A DNA stretch of 64,000 nucleotides from Lophium mytilinum. Taxonomy: Eukaryota. Made by a program: the position numbers and the translations under genes. The notes under the pieces are model-generated. The model saw only the letters and a program-made list of their open reading frames with translations, searched no databases and had not been told where the DNA came from. Shown piece by piece: positions 37,939 to 50,505 of this stretch; within the stretch, counting starts at the first letter, position 1, and the number at the start of each line of letters is the position of its first letter. The stretch covers positions 852,816 to 916,815 of the forward strand of contig MU004191.1 in NCBI GenBank assembly GCA_010093605.1, given 5' to 3'.

Positions 37939-40259
37939 TCAATCTGGCCATACATTCTCCATTCCTCCTGATCCCGCGTCCCTCAGGTATGTCTCGTCGT
38001 CAAATACGCTGAACATGTCCCACGGGAAGTCGGAGCTCGGGGCGTCTGAAGCTAACATTCCGGGAGAAAAGACATCTGACAGACCCATGGACTGCTGTCT
38101 TGACGGCGTTGGAGCCCCAGAATCTCCTGGCGGCTGGGGAGTTGTCACAAAAGTAAGTTGGGTTGAAATCGGTGTAGGGTGCGCGGACGAGCTAGTCCTG
38201 GGGCCGGCGGGCGATTTGACACTACCTCGGAGATTGACATCTAACATATCGAGTACGGAGTTGAATGAACGGGCTACCTCGACGGCAGGCTTCGCGGCTG
38301 CGAGGTTCTGGGCAGCGAATTTGTCAAAGCAGGTTATCGAAGTGTTGATGGCCCTCCGCGCAGTAGGTGTGAATGGGCAGACCGGGTGGGCCAGTGCAAA
38401 AGCGATGCTCGAGAGCGCAGCATCCCATACGTAGTGATAGACCTGATGCCAACTATTAAGAAGATCGGTTTCGGTGAGCACTTGGCTGACGATGTCAATG
38501 ATGACAGCCGCGTGATTGATGCACGAGTTTGATAATGCGCATGCGACGGGTGTCAGGAACGAGGTCCCAGGGTAAAAGCGAATAAACAATCGGTGTAGGG
38601 ACATGATTAGATTGTGGTAAAGGAGTTCCAGGAGTAAACGCTGTCTCTGTAGCCAGATAGGGGCTGAATGATCAAAGTCCAGAGGATCCCGAATGGCAGA
38701 GAAGGGCTCTGCTGAGCCTTTTCGTTGAATCCTAAGGGCGTGAGGTACCTCGAGCGTCCAGTTTCTGAAAACCTTCATAGCTGGTGGAATTGATCTGGCA
38801 CATTCCTCGAGGAAGCTAGGGTTGTCGTAGATATCCTTTCCGCCATTGTTCGCTTGTACCTCCAAATACTTTTCATTCAACCCTTCATACACATGTCGAG
38901 CTGCCAGAATAAGTTTCACGCTCATCGTGTGAAATGTGAGGAGATTAACGTCCTCATAGATGAATACACTTGTTGGGCCTATCGATAGTATGTCTTCATC
39001 CCTAGTTGGCAGACCAAAGGCGACATCTGATGGATCGATCATGAATGGCTGGCCAATTCTCATGGAAAACTTGCTGTCGAGAAATACCAAGTCCCACCAG
39101 ATCCGGCTCAGTAAATTCCTACGATTCGGAGAAAGATCCGGAGGTGTGAGATGCAATCCCAATAAATGGGCCATGCGTATAGTACTCGCGAGTGTAGCGT
39201 TCGCCATAGTCATTAAGGATGCGGTGACTAGATAAACGGTACAGTATATCTGACATTGAATCGTGGATATGGTTGGATATTCACGCTCCTGCGACAACAG
39301 TATCTCACAGCGTTGGTAGAGCCAATGCCCTGCGATATTTGCGTCATCGTTATTAGATGCTTCGCCCATTGCGACTGTAAGACGGTCACCATACTGCATG
39401 CCCAAAGCTACGATAATGTCGACGAGGGGAGATGGCAACCGAGATCCTTCCATGTCTGGCGAAGTTGCAGTCCAAAGGGAGGCGTGATAGCTTCTGAACT
39501 CTGATTCATCGATTATGGGTGTGAGAAGGTAGTTCGTCTGCAGGAATAGATTCACAAAACACTCCTCCTGATGCCTGCTTAGATTGTGTCCAGTATGGCG
39601 CTCTCCTGAACCTGTTGAATGCTGCAATAAGGCAATCTTTTTGGATATGAGATTCGCCGGCATAGCACATACTGTGCTGGCTGTGTTCAACTGCAATAGA
39701 TCTGGTACGCTGCCCGGAAGAAAGGTCTTACTCGTCCAATTCTGCATCCGGCGCACAAAATACGCCGAGGAAAGCGGTCCGAAATAATGATCCTGAGGGC
39801 TATTCGGGTCAGAAATCCAGGCGCCATTCTGATTCGATCTTTTGCGCTCCTGTCTTCCAGATGCGCCCGGAGTGGCTTCGGAAGAAGGCGGACTGAGGGG
39901 CATTGATGCCGCTTGTATTGCATTTTCTCGTACACGGGTTTCCAAGTTCGCCACTTGTGCCCTCAGCCTCTCTATCTCCCTTCAGACACATAATCAGTTT
40001 TTTCCAGGAGCTAGTGAGATAGCTGGACTAACCTATTGGCTTCTGGGAGATTGAGGACTTCTCGAGACCCGTCATTGCTGCATTGGCGACCAGCAGATGA
40101 ACAATTCCTGCAAGGGCGATCAACATCGCACTTGATACGGTTGAGGCGGCATCGGTCGCAAGCTCGATTAACAGTCGTGCGCTTTCGTTTCGCTACATTC
40201 GGGTTCGCCTCACTGCCAAAGGTTGAGGCTGTGGTGACACCTTTGAACGTTGCAAACAT
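37939..40259 (-). CDS. Zn(II)2Cys6 transcription factor with fungal-specific TF (MHR) domain, 2 exons
   Basis: RACDRCRLNRIKCDVDRPCRNCSSAGRQC binuclear cluster, coiled coil REIERLRAQV, AIRMA-like TIRMAHLLGLH and RIWW...LD...GQP motifs. Confidence 0.95.
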
Positions 40260-40629
40260 AGTGAGCTCCTAGGAATCATCCTGTAAGTCTGCGATTTAAT
40301 GGAACGCAATGCATGGAGAAAGCACTCTTCGAAAGTGTCGTCACGTCTCGTATGATGCGCGTGAGAGATGCGAGTGCGAGCTTGAAGGTCGAGGGTAGAG
40401 CTTGCGTTAGTCAGCCATTCTAGCGTCGAGATTGGGAACTCGTATCGACTTCCCGCCCACAAGCCTTCGACCTATGTTCTGAAATCGCCGCTATATTTCC
40501 AATAGCTACGATTTCTGCTTAAATCCGGGACCCCCGAAGCGTATCTCCAATATGTCAGCAGATGGCCACGGGGCTCTTTAACAGAGATTTATCTCGCACG
40601 ATCAACAGGTATAGAGGGACTCTCCCCCA

Positions 40630-40674
40630 AAGGAGTAATTATATTACTCCTTCCGGTTAGCCTCCGGAGCTCCG
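40630..40674. promoter_or_regulatory. Palindromic elements in the divergent TF/MFS promoter (AAGGAGTAAT-tat-ATTACTCCTT; CGG-AGCT-CCG)
   Basis: Perfect 10-bp inverted repeat 40630-40652, followed by CGG-N7-CCG and CGG-N4-CCG triplet pairs, the typical Zn2Cys6 half-site. Function is inferred. Confidence 0.45.
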
Positions 40675-40894
40675 AGGAGTATAGCGCATATCCTCAACAT
40701 CTGGCATTCGGCGCCGCACAGAACTATTCTCATGGCCATAAGTATGTAGGTCACTGATCCCACTCGCAATCATGTTCCTATCCTTTGGTTGTGTTCATCT
40801 TTTCCACTAGAGTACTTTGATTCAATCTTGGATTACAACCAATTTCGACAACCGCCACTTTCCTACCCTGAGAACAGCCCTCCCTCGACGAGAT

Positions 40895-42951
40895 ATGACA
40901 CTGGAAATGCCCACGGCAACGCAACATGGACTCATGACGGAAACTGACCATTCGCAAGGCTCAGTCTGCAGCGAAAAGCTCGAAGAAAACGAGCTCCATC
41001 ATCCTAGGTCCTCCGAATGCGACATTGAAAAAGCGCAACACGAACCTAGCATCCTGACCTTCGAGGTCTCTTTCACGGGCGACACCGACCCCAGGAGTGC
41101 CAAGAGCTTGCCTATCTGGCGAAAATGGCTGATCGTGTTCACCGTCTCCGGGGCAAGCCTACTAGTAGCAACCACCAGCTCCCTGTACGTTGCTACATAC
41201 GCGCAGATCGAGAAAGAGTTCGGCATTAGCAACATCGTAGCAACGCTGGGGTTGACGTTGTTCGTTGCGGGTTGTGGATTGGGACCGATGCTACTAGGAC
41301 CGCTGAGCGAGGTTCGTTGGCAGAGAAGACTTGACTCTGGAAATAGGCACTGACTGATACGTCTAGTTCTACGGTCGTAAACCGATCTACATTGTGTCTC
41401 TAGCATTCTTCGCCATTTGGATTATTCCTTGTGCCGTGGCTCAGAATATCCAGACGCTGCTCGTAGCTCGGTTCCTTGGTGGACTTTGCGGGTCTGCGTT
41501 TCTTAGTGTTGCTGGTAGCACGATGGGGGACTTGTTCGCTAGAGATCAGCTGCAGAAGCCTATGATGGTATACACGATAACGCCATTGTGAGTAATGAAG
41601 CATTTATAGACTTCTGATGAAGCTAACTCTTGTATAGCCTCGGTCCGGAATTAGGGCCTATCGTAGGAGGCTTTATAAACTACAACGTTAATTGGTTCGT
41701 CTGCACTCGTTAGCGCCGCATAGAAATCGAGCTAACAATAATAGGAGATGGTCGTTCTGGGTTCTGCTCATATGGGCTGGTTTCCAGTGGGCGGCGATGA
41801 CATTTCTCGTACCAGAGACGTATCATCCGGTTTTGCTGCGAAAGGAAGCACGACGGCTCCGCAAAGAGACGGGTGATGAGAGATGGTATGCGCCAATCGA
41901 GAAAATGGATCGGTCAATTCCACACGTAAGTTTTTAATATAATGACCTACCTGCATCCCGGCTGATACCCTGAAAGACGATCATGAGGTCGTGTTACCGA
42001 CCTTTCATGCTCCTTCTACTAGAACCCATGTGCCTACTCCTTTGCACTCTCACGGCTTTCCTGTTAGGGCTTATATACCTCTTCTTCGGCGCTTTCAGTC
42101 TTGTGTTCAGGGAGAACCACGGATTCAATCTTTGGCAAATCGGCTTGACCTTCATTGGAATGATCGTGGGGATGCTGCTGGCGTGTCTTGCTGATCCATG
42201 GTGAGACGAGGCTTCATCTTATGATTGGTAACCTTGAGGCTGACACTATCAGGTGGCACAAGAACCATCAGAAACTCATCGCAAAGCATGTCGCTGAGAC
42301 TGGAAACATTGGTGGCTCTGAACCGGAGTTTCGCCTCCCACCTGCAATTCTAGGAGCACCCATGGTTTTTGTTGGGCTTCTCTGGTTCGGCTGGACTACG
42401 TGAGTCTTGTTTCCCCTACTAGAACCCTTCTCGACAGAGGTGGTGCTAACGTTTCTGCAGATACGCATCGGTTCACTGGATTGTCCCTATAATCGGTAGT
42501 TCGCTAATCAGCGCCGGGTTCGTACAACACACCGCTCGATTACCCAATTTGCTAACCTCATACATAGAATCTTCATGGTGTTCTCAGGAGTATTCACATT
42601 CCTTGTCGAATGCTACCCTCTGTACGCCGCGAGCGCCTTGGCGGCGAACAGCTTCGAACGTAGTATGTTCGCGGCCGGGTTCCCGCTCTTCGGACCTGCC
42701 AGTAAGTAATACCTTCCCAAGACGTGGCGATCTGGGCTGACCATGTGGGAACTGTGTAGTGTACCACAATCTCGGCTTTCAATGGGCCACATTCTTGTTG
42801 GCAATGATTATGCTGGTGTTAGCGCCATTCCCGTAAGTACACGAGGTATCTTTGCGTTCCTATAGGAATCGTATTGACACGACATAGATATATCTTCTTC
42901 CGGTACGGCAAGCAGATAAGGGCGAAAAGTCGGTACTCGGGTGCCAAATAG
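40895..42951 (+). CDS. MFS multidrug transporter, DHA1 family, multi-exon
   Basis: WRKWLIV, GPMLLGPLSE+FYGRKPIY, ARFLGG, GPELGPIVGGFI, WRWSF, PETYHPVLL, EPEFRLPP, YAASALAAN motifs; stop at 42949-42951. Confidence 0.95.
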
Positions 42952-43460
42952 AGGCTCAGCGCAACAAAAACTCGAATTTTTTGGACTTTGTTAGATGGTA
43001 AATTGAAAGAGAAGAGTCAAAAGACTTAAGAAAAGCATTTGAACAGCTGATAGAAAGCGCTTAATTTCGGGCTGGTGCCTTTCTCATCTTGAAAGCATAT
43101 TTGCTTTAGTGTATCATAGTTGGAAGAGTTTTGGAGCTGGCGGATTCGAATTGCATGTTTCTACAGACCGAGACTTAGTAGTTTTCATGAACGGAAGTTA
43201 TACTTCATTACTCATATGAGGTTCCGGACAAGTGTCCTATGAAAACGAAACTCACGTGCAAGCGCGAGATCCCGCTAGCCCCATTCAACGCATTGATGAC
43301 GCGACACAACCACCAACTCATAAATCGTCATCGACATCCAAAATTCTAGAGTATAAACAATAGCCAAATGTAGCATGAATCAATGAAATAACTCAACCCA
43401 TTTATCTGCTAACATCTATAAATCCTTACTTACCAAACACCAACTCCCCGTCCGACCACA

Positions 43461-44131
43461 ATGGCCAGCACAGAACCCCACCCCGACCCCGTCGCTCTAA
43501 CAGCGTCCAACAACACATCCAAGGTCGACTACACCCCTTACCCCGAAAAGTCCATCCCCGTGTCTTCAGAACAGCAAGCCACCGTTGACGCGATCTGCCG
43601 TCTCTACAGCGGCAGCGCGAGCAAAGACGACATGCAAGTCTACGCGCCCACCGCCATCTACGACGACCCGTGGAGCTACTGCGATAACCGGTATAAAGTC
43701 GCTGGGCAGTGGTATGGTACGCTCACCTCCCCAAACTCCCTAAATCACGAACCTACCAAACCTACAAACCTACAAACCTTTTCACCCTCCCCCATTCTCT
43801 TACCAACCGAAACGCGTCCACTAACGCGGGTCACGCGACAGGCATCCCCAAAATCATGGCCTCCTCCCGCACCCTCGCGACCGAGATCGTCGACGCCTCC
43901 CCCTCGCTGCTTGTGTTCAAGCTGCGGCAGGAGTACACGCCGCGGGTGCTGAACATCGGCAAAGCGGTCAACTCGCTCGTGTCGCTGAGTTTAGATAAAG
44001 AGGGGAAGGTGACGTATCATAAGGATATGTGGAATGAGAAGGATTATAGCCATGAGGGGCTGGGGAAGGTGATGAAGACGCTGAATGGGGATTATTTGAC
44101 GAAGATTACGAGGCCGGAGGGGGATTTGTAG
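43461..44131 (+). CDS. SnoaL/NTF2-like fold hypothetical protein, 2 exons
   Basis: YAPTAIYDDP...VAGQWYG|IPKIM...GKVTYHKDMW pattern typical of NTF2-like proteins; intron ~43717-43841 with CTAAC branch. Confidence 0.75.
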
Positions 44132-44891
44132 AGGGCAAGGGGAGGGTTTGGGTATGGAGAGATTTAATGAAGCTACGAGTTGAGATGCATGCTCAAGGGA
44201 TTTTTTCTGCTTTGTGGAGCTCGGCTTCCCGAGATGGCTTTTCGGGTTTGCGAGTTGCGCGCCCGGTTGGTGAGGCTGTGGTGCTGTTCGGGGGCGATAG
44301 AGGGCGGAGTGAGCTGGAGGGCACCCCGCATTGCTGCCGGGCCGTGATGGTGTTTACGAGCGGGTGGTGGCTTCGTATGCTGTACGACGGGACGGGACTG
44401 GAACGCGCGGGTCTAGTCAGTATTTTGTTTGGCTATTGAAATCATGGGCCAAAGTAGGCGGACGACGATGCTTTTGATCAGTATGAGAAGTACACCATGC
44501 GTAGTCGTGAGCACAGATATTTCAGGAACTTCAAAGCTCAAGGACCACATCAAAAGAGGACACATGCACCGCCCTGCTACAATTTCTGCGGCCATGAGGC
44601 CTCCCAAGCAAACACATCGCTCTCACGAAGGGGCCGATCCCGCATGGTCTGCGGGAGTGCCTGGTGCTGAGCGTCGGGCGAGCCCCACATCTCCGGTGCC
44701 ATCATCGGATCCCCATAAATGCGAAGCCGGTCCGCCAACGTCAACCGCGACCATGGCGGGGAGGAAGGCGCGGCCGTGTGAATATAAGACTGACGGGAGT
44801 TGCTCGTCTGGTGATCAGTTCTGATACATACAACTCTGTGCTCTCCCATTTCACTCCACATCTGAACCCAGGAAACGATACCAACATCACC

Positions 44892-45563
44892 ATGGCTAAC
44901 ACCAAGAACCCTTCCTTCGACGGTAAGATATTTGGGTCCTGATGCAATAGCTACAGGCGCTGACAAGAACAGATGTGCTCGGCTGCCAGGCCGCGTGCTT
45001 CGAGTGGGCTGACAGCTACGACAGCAAGGATTGGGAGCGTCTGAGCAAGTGCATCGCCCCGACTCTGAAGGTCAGTCGCGCCCCTCTCCCACCTCACCTA
45101 CCCCCAGCTAACACATCTCGCGCAGATCGACTACCGCTCGTTCCTCGACAAGATGTGGGAGGCGATGCCGGCAGCCGAGTTCCTCGCCATGGCATCCGAC
45201 CCCGACGTGCTGGGCAACCCGCTGCTCAAGACGCAGCACTTCATCGGCGGCACCAAGTGGGAGAAGGTCTCGGACACGGAGATCACGGGCTACCACCAGC
45301 TGCGCGTGCCGCACCAGAAGTACACGGACGAGACGCGCGCGACGGTCGCCGTCAAGGGCCACGCCCACAGCACCAACACGCACTGGTACAAGAAGGTCGA
45401 CGGCGTGTGGAAGTTTGCGGGGCTCAGCCCGGATATCAGGTGGTTCGAGTACGACTTCGACAAGGTGTTTGCGGAGGGCCGCGAGAAGATGGGCGATGAG
45501 CAGCAAGAGGCCGAGGAGAAGAAGCTGGCGGCGGAGGCGAACGGCATCCCGGCGGCTGCGTAG
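44892..45563 (+). CDS. SCD1: Scytalone dehydratase (DHN-melanin pathway), 3 exons
   Basis: [81 protein letters not shown]; introns after 44922 and after 45070. Confidence 0.97.
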
Positions 45564-47817
45564 GTGGGGGAATGGGTGATGGAGGGGAGGGGATGTTTGA
45601 TGAGCTATGGAATCATGGTTGATGCATTGGGCTCGGCACTAGGCCGCCACATGGAGTAACGGATACCACCTTTCTGATGATGTGTCCTGTGTTGACGGTG
45701 TCTCCTGTTTTGATGATGTTCCGCCGAGCTGTGATGTAAAAACAGGACGCCACGTAGGTTAACAGCGTCTGAGGTGGGCAGAAGGCTCAAGGCTGGTCTA
45801 AAGAATCAAATATAGAGGTAAATACGCGTAGTGCTGGGGTTCTACTCTATTAAAAGTGATTGAACCTTTGACGGGTGAGGTCTTGAATGTCCATGGTGTT
45901 CCTGAGACGTTCCTACATTGTCACGTGAACATAGCCCAGATCAGACTTCCATTTATAGGCACAGATGAACTCATGGAAACGCACTCTGGATTCGACTTCT
46001 AACCTTAGATCAATGTAGTCCTGGGTACGCACTCAGATCCCACTCCTAACTATACGTCACTAGATGTATTCATGGTAGTGGTGTGGGGAGCTGGCCATGG
46101 TGTGGAGACGGACTCGCTGGTGTTGAAGCCAAACAGCCACGACTCAACACGACAACCTGGATAGCGCCAAGCCGTTAGCAGTAATACTGGCTGGCCAACA
46201 TCGTCATTGGCCCGCGTGCAGGCGCCTCCAAAGTCGTGTGTCAGTGATGGCGGAGGAAATTTTCATGCAGGCCATCGCGTCGTGCAGAAACGTGCAGGCA
46301 GCGCATGCGACCAGCTGAATGCGCTCCAATGGCGACGGCCTGGGGGACTCCCACTGCTCCGGGCTGTGATAGGAGGGCGCAACACACGCCGCGTCAAGGC
46401 GAGGGGCTCTCTGGCAGGGCATCCAAAGGCACCAAGGCTATTCGTGATGCGCCAGTGAAGACTGCCCGAGATGGCCCACACCACCACCAGCACCCGCGCC
46501 TCAGAGGCGAGTGCCGGGCCCGTCGCTGCGGCGCTTGGTGCCATAGGTGACGGGCAGGGACGGGCCTGGAGGTCTATGTCTGTATATGTGATGTGTCTGC
46601 TCGATGAGGCCGAAGATCGCGAAGCTTGATTCAGCCGCGGGATTGCGCAAAGGCAGGGCTGGAGCCGGTCCGCGCTGCTATTTGCGGTGGCTCTGAGCGG
46701 GCGTGAGTGGGCATTTGCAGCGGTGCGAACGGCTTCGGCGGGCTCGAAGAACGCAACCACGGCGCTGCCATGGGCGAAATAGGGCCGCGACATCGCCTAG
46801 GCAGCCAGTCAGCACCACGCTTCGGATCTGCTGGGCCTTCAAGATGGCATCCCATCCCCGCCATCCTACCTCTCCTCCTCCTCTCGTCCACCTCGCTCCC
46901 GCATCCTCATCCAACAGCATCTTTCCGTTGCTACTCTCTTCCCTTGCGTGTTGCTGGAGTTTGTGCTTTCCTGACATTCCGGGGTGTTCGTAGGTTTCTG
47001 ATGCATTGCGGCTCTGCTTCGTCATCCTGGTGAGTGACCGAGAAGCCCATTTTTCACCACCAGCCTCACCAGAGCTCGTCCGCCATCGCCGCCGCCTCAC
47101 ACCCTCCGCCGGCCGCTGCGCGCATCGCCCCCTGCTGCTGCCCGTCTCTTGCGACTGTTGCTGCTCGGCCTGGGGCCGTCTTCCCGCTTGCGCGCGCGTT
47201 TGCAGCTCCGCGAGCTGGAGCTTCGCGCTCTCTCGAGCTGTGCGCGCGCACGGCAGGCGTGGGTTCTCTCGCACAAGGCGCCGTGTGGTGTTTGGGAGCG
47301 GCGAGCCTCGTGCTACTGCTGGATGGAGACACGCATGTGATGTACCGCGTGCCACCTACTGACGGCCGTGCAGATTCCGCGACTGGCCTTCTGCATCAAA
47401 CTTCTTCCACCACCACTACTCTCCATTCACTACCGACACCCCCACGGCTGGGCTTCTCTCACAGTGTTAGCTGGGGCATCTTTTTCCATCCATTACTCGG
47501 TTCCTGACGCTTGCCTTCTGCCCTGTGGTCCACGGCGCGTTCTCCGATCCACTTCACCCGTCGTTGCCAATTGCAAGCCGCTCAGCCAGCTTTGCCCGGA
47601 GCAGTCCCGTGACAGCTGTACGTGTCCTCTCTCTCTCTATTGTTCACTATCGAGCCGCGCTATTTCACCGACGCTATTCTGACACTTCCTTGCCGCAGAC
47701 CCGTCGGACATCATTAATTACTTCAACCCCAGTCCTTGACTGCGATTCCTTCTTTGCAACCTCTCTCTTAGCTCACGCTTTCGATCTACGGTTTCGACAA
47801 TCTCACTTGACGCAGTC

Positions 47818-49308
47818 ATGAGTTTCCAGAACTACGATTCCTTCCAGGGCCAACAGCCCACCGAAGAGGGCGGTGCTCCCGGTGGCGCTGGACCCCAGCA
47901 GCAACAACAACAACCCCAAATGGGCCAGCCGATTGAGAACTCTCAGGCCCAATTCCAGGGCGGCAACATGGGTGCGCCAGGATCCGCCGGCGGTGAACAA
48001 TCCGGCGATTCGAAGACGACTCTTTGGTACGTTAAACCTCACTGGGTATTGGCATCATGTCTTGCCGCATAGCTTGAAGGCTGTGGGGGAATATGTCTGG
48101 GATGTAGGCAATAAAATAACAACGAGGGTTAACATACGATTCAGGATGGGCGAATTGGAGCCCTGGATTGACGAGAATTTCGTCCGCAGTATCTGGTTCG
48201 GCATGGGCGAGCAGGTCAACGTGAAGATGATCAGAGACAAGTTCTCCGGGTAAGCGGAACAGAGGCCTATCACTATATTCAAACTAACCACGTCTAGAAG
48301 CAATGCGGGTTATTGCTTCGTCGATTTCCCCAACCCGGCAGCGGCCGCCAAAGCCCTGACTTTGAACGGTCAACTCATCCCAAACTCTAATCGCCCGTTC
48401 AAGCTGAACTGGGCTTCCGGAGGTGGTCTCGCTGACCGAAGGTAAGCTGAATTTGTTTCTTTGTTTTTTATTATCGTTTTGGTTATGCAAGGCCTAATTT
48501 TCTCCGCAGCCGCGACGATCGTGGCCCCGAATTCTCCATCTTCGTGGGGGATCTCGGACCCGAGGTGAACGAATATGTGCTGGTTTCGCTTTTCCAAGGC
48601 AAATTCCCTTCCTGCAAATCTGCAAAGATCATGTCCGATCCAATCAGCGGCCTGTCCCGTGGCTATGGTTTCGTTCGCTTCGCCGACGAAGGCGACCAAC
48701 AACGCGCCCTCACTGAGATGCAGGGTGTGTACTGCGGCAACCGACCTATGCGTATCTCCACTGCAACCCCCAAGAACAAGAGCGGTGGCCCCGGAGGTCC
48801 TCCGGGCGGCATGAACATGCAAGGCGCGGGAGGCCCAGTCGGCATGTACTCTATGGGAGCCCCGCCCATGGGCTACTACGGCGCTCCTCAGCCCATGAAC
48901 CAATTCACCGATCCCAACAACACAACTGTCTTCGTTGGAGGTCTTTCCGGCTACGTCACCGAGGACGAGCTGCGCTCCTTCTTCCAAGGATTCGGCGAGA
49001 TCACCTACGTCAAGATTCCACCCGGCAAGGGCTGCGGCTTCGTGCAGTTCGTACAGCGACACGCTGCCGAGATGGCAATCAACCAGATGCAGGGTTACCC
49101 GATCGGCAACTCGCGGGTTCGTCTCAGCTGGGGACGTAGCCAGAACAACTCCGGCCCGGCAGGAACTCCTTATCGTCCAGCTCCACCTCCTCCAGTCTAC
49201 CCGTCAATGGGCGCCATGCCCAGCCATCCTTTCGGCAATTACGCACCCATGAAGGTCAGTCTCTACAGCCTCTGAAAACCCTTACCCATACTAACCCGCT
49301 CGCAGTAA
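47818..49308 (+). CDS. NAM8: Triple-RRM RNA-binding protein, Nam8/Ngr1/Csx1 family (short isoform ending ...YAPMK*)
   Basis: KTTLWMGELEPWIDE, NAGYCFVDF, FKLNWASG, SIFVGDLGPEV, SRGYGFVRF, RPMRISTATPK, DPNNTTVFVGGL, KIPPGKGCGFVQF, RVRLSWGR. The last intron (49255-49305) is followed directly by TAA. NAM8 versus NGR1 orthology cannot be resolved by eye. Confidence 0.9.
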
Positions 49309-50243
49309 GCAAATCTTTTCCCTCACTTTCACGGCGGCACCGAGCGTCCAAGGTTTCCCAACGGTTGGCTTGCTCAATGATTTCCATATTTATGAATGCC
49401 CACCTCATGACCCCTTTCCCGAATCTGGAGCCCCCTTATCTGTCATTGGGTGGTATTGCTCTCTAAAAGTTGCCATATCATGAATGCTTTCTCCTTCTGC
49501 TTTCCGGGTTGGGTGGCCTAGAGAAAAACTCCTGTGTACAACAGCTCTTGCTTGCTCGGGGTCCCAGATGGAAGGTGCTGCCTTCTCTTTCCTTTCTTTT
49601 TCACATTTGCGACTGGGACGGGGAATGCAGGGTGTCCCCGGTTTTTGTTATTAGCTAGCACCTAGGTTCCACTTCTCCCCTTGAGTTCTAGCTTGAGCGA
49701 GATCGGTGGACAGACAAATCTTTCTTGCTTTGCTACTTGCGATATCTGCTTGCCTTATATTTACCCTCATCTATTCGAACCCCCGGTTGTTTTCGGGGGC
49801 CTTGGAATTGGTCTTTTTTGGGAAAGCATTGGGCGGGTGTGTACAACGACAACTTTAGCGATTGGCGATTTGAGAAACGGGCAGCTTCAGATCTTATCAC
49901 TTTGGGGCCTCTCTTCCATTTCTTCTCAAAACCTCATGCCATTTTGACTATGTTTGGGTGCCATTTACATCATCATCATCATCATCGTCGTCATCTACTC
50001 GCCTTTGCCGTTTTCATCTCGTTTGCCCGCGATTCAAAATCACTTCCGCGAAATCTTCCGTTCGACGTCCCGCCCAAAAATGCGGGATTCATACTTAACT
50101 TTTTCGAAACCTTGGACGCTGCTGGAGGTCATCACCATCTCCAATGCAGTCTGTCAAACAACAGAAAGAGCTGGGATTGCACAACTAACCTCGTTTCTTC
50201 CGGGGAGAGAGAGAGAGTTGGCGCGCTGACATCCATATCACAG
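49254..50243 (+). other. Predicted [D1,2] spliceosomal twin intron (internal intron 49255-49305 nested in the donor of a 939-nt external intron)
   Basis: G49254 | GTCAGT...TACTAAC(49289-95)...CAG(49305) | TAAGC gives a reconstituted GTAAGC donor; distal GCTGAC branch at 50225-30 and CAG acceptor at 50241-43. Confidence 0.72.
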
Positions 50244-50505
50244 CCCTTATAACAACTCGCTTATTCAACCCCCGCCTATGCTCCCCTTCCCGGGCTCGGG
50301 CGCCGGCTTCCCGGGCGGCTCTTTTTCGCCATCAGACTATCCGAAGGACGGCCCCGTGGGACCAGGACCCATGGGCGCGGCGCTTCTCGTGCAGAAGATG
50401 GGCGAGGTCAGCCTCGGCGCAGTGGGGCAGCAACAGCAGCAGCAGCAGCAGACGCGGGCTGAGCCGTCGGCGGCGGGGCAGGGGGCGGGGTTTACGGAGC
50501 AGTAG
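50244..50505 (+). CDS. Alternative terminal exon of the NAM8-like gene (long isoform)
   Basis: After two-step splicing, ATG AA|C CCT TAT AAC... reads MNPYNNSLIQPPPMLPFPGSGAG...QQQQQQQQ...FTEQ*, in frame with ORF 50278-50505; composition matches the Pro/Gly/Gln/Met-rich tails of the protein. Confidence 0.7.

Noticed and set aside
46204..47821. Many 70-225-aa overlapping ORFs
   Set aside because: Expected in GC-rich non-coding DNA; no motifs or consistent codon bias.
49470..50252. Several ORFs within the NAM8-like long intron (including a His-run)
   Set aside because: Non-ATG starts, hydrophobic noise from T-rich sequence, and the His-run is a CAT microsatellite.
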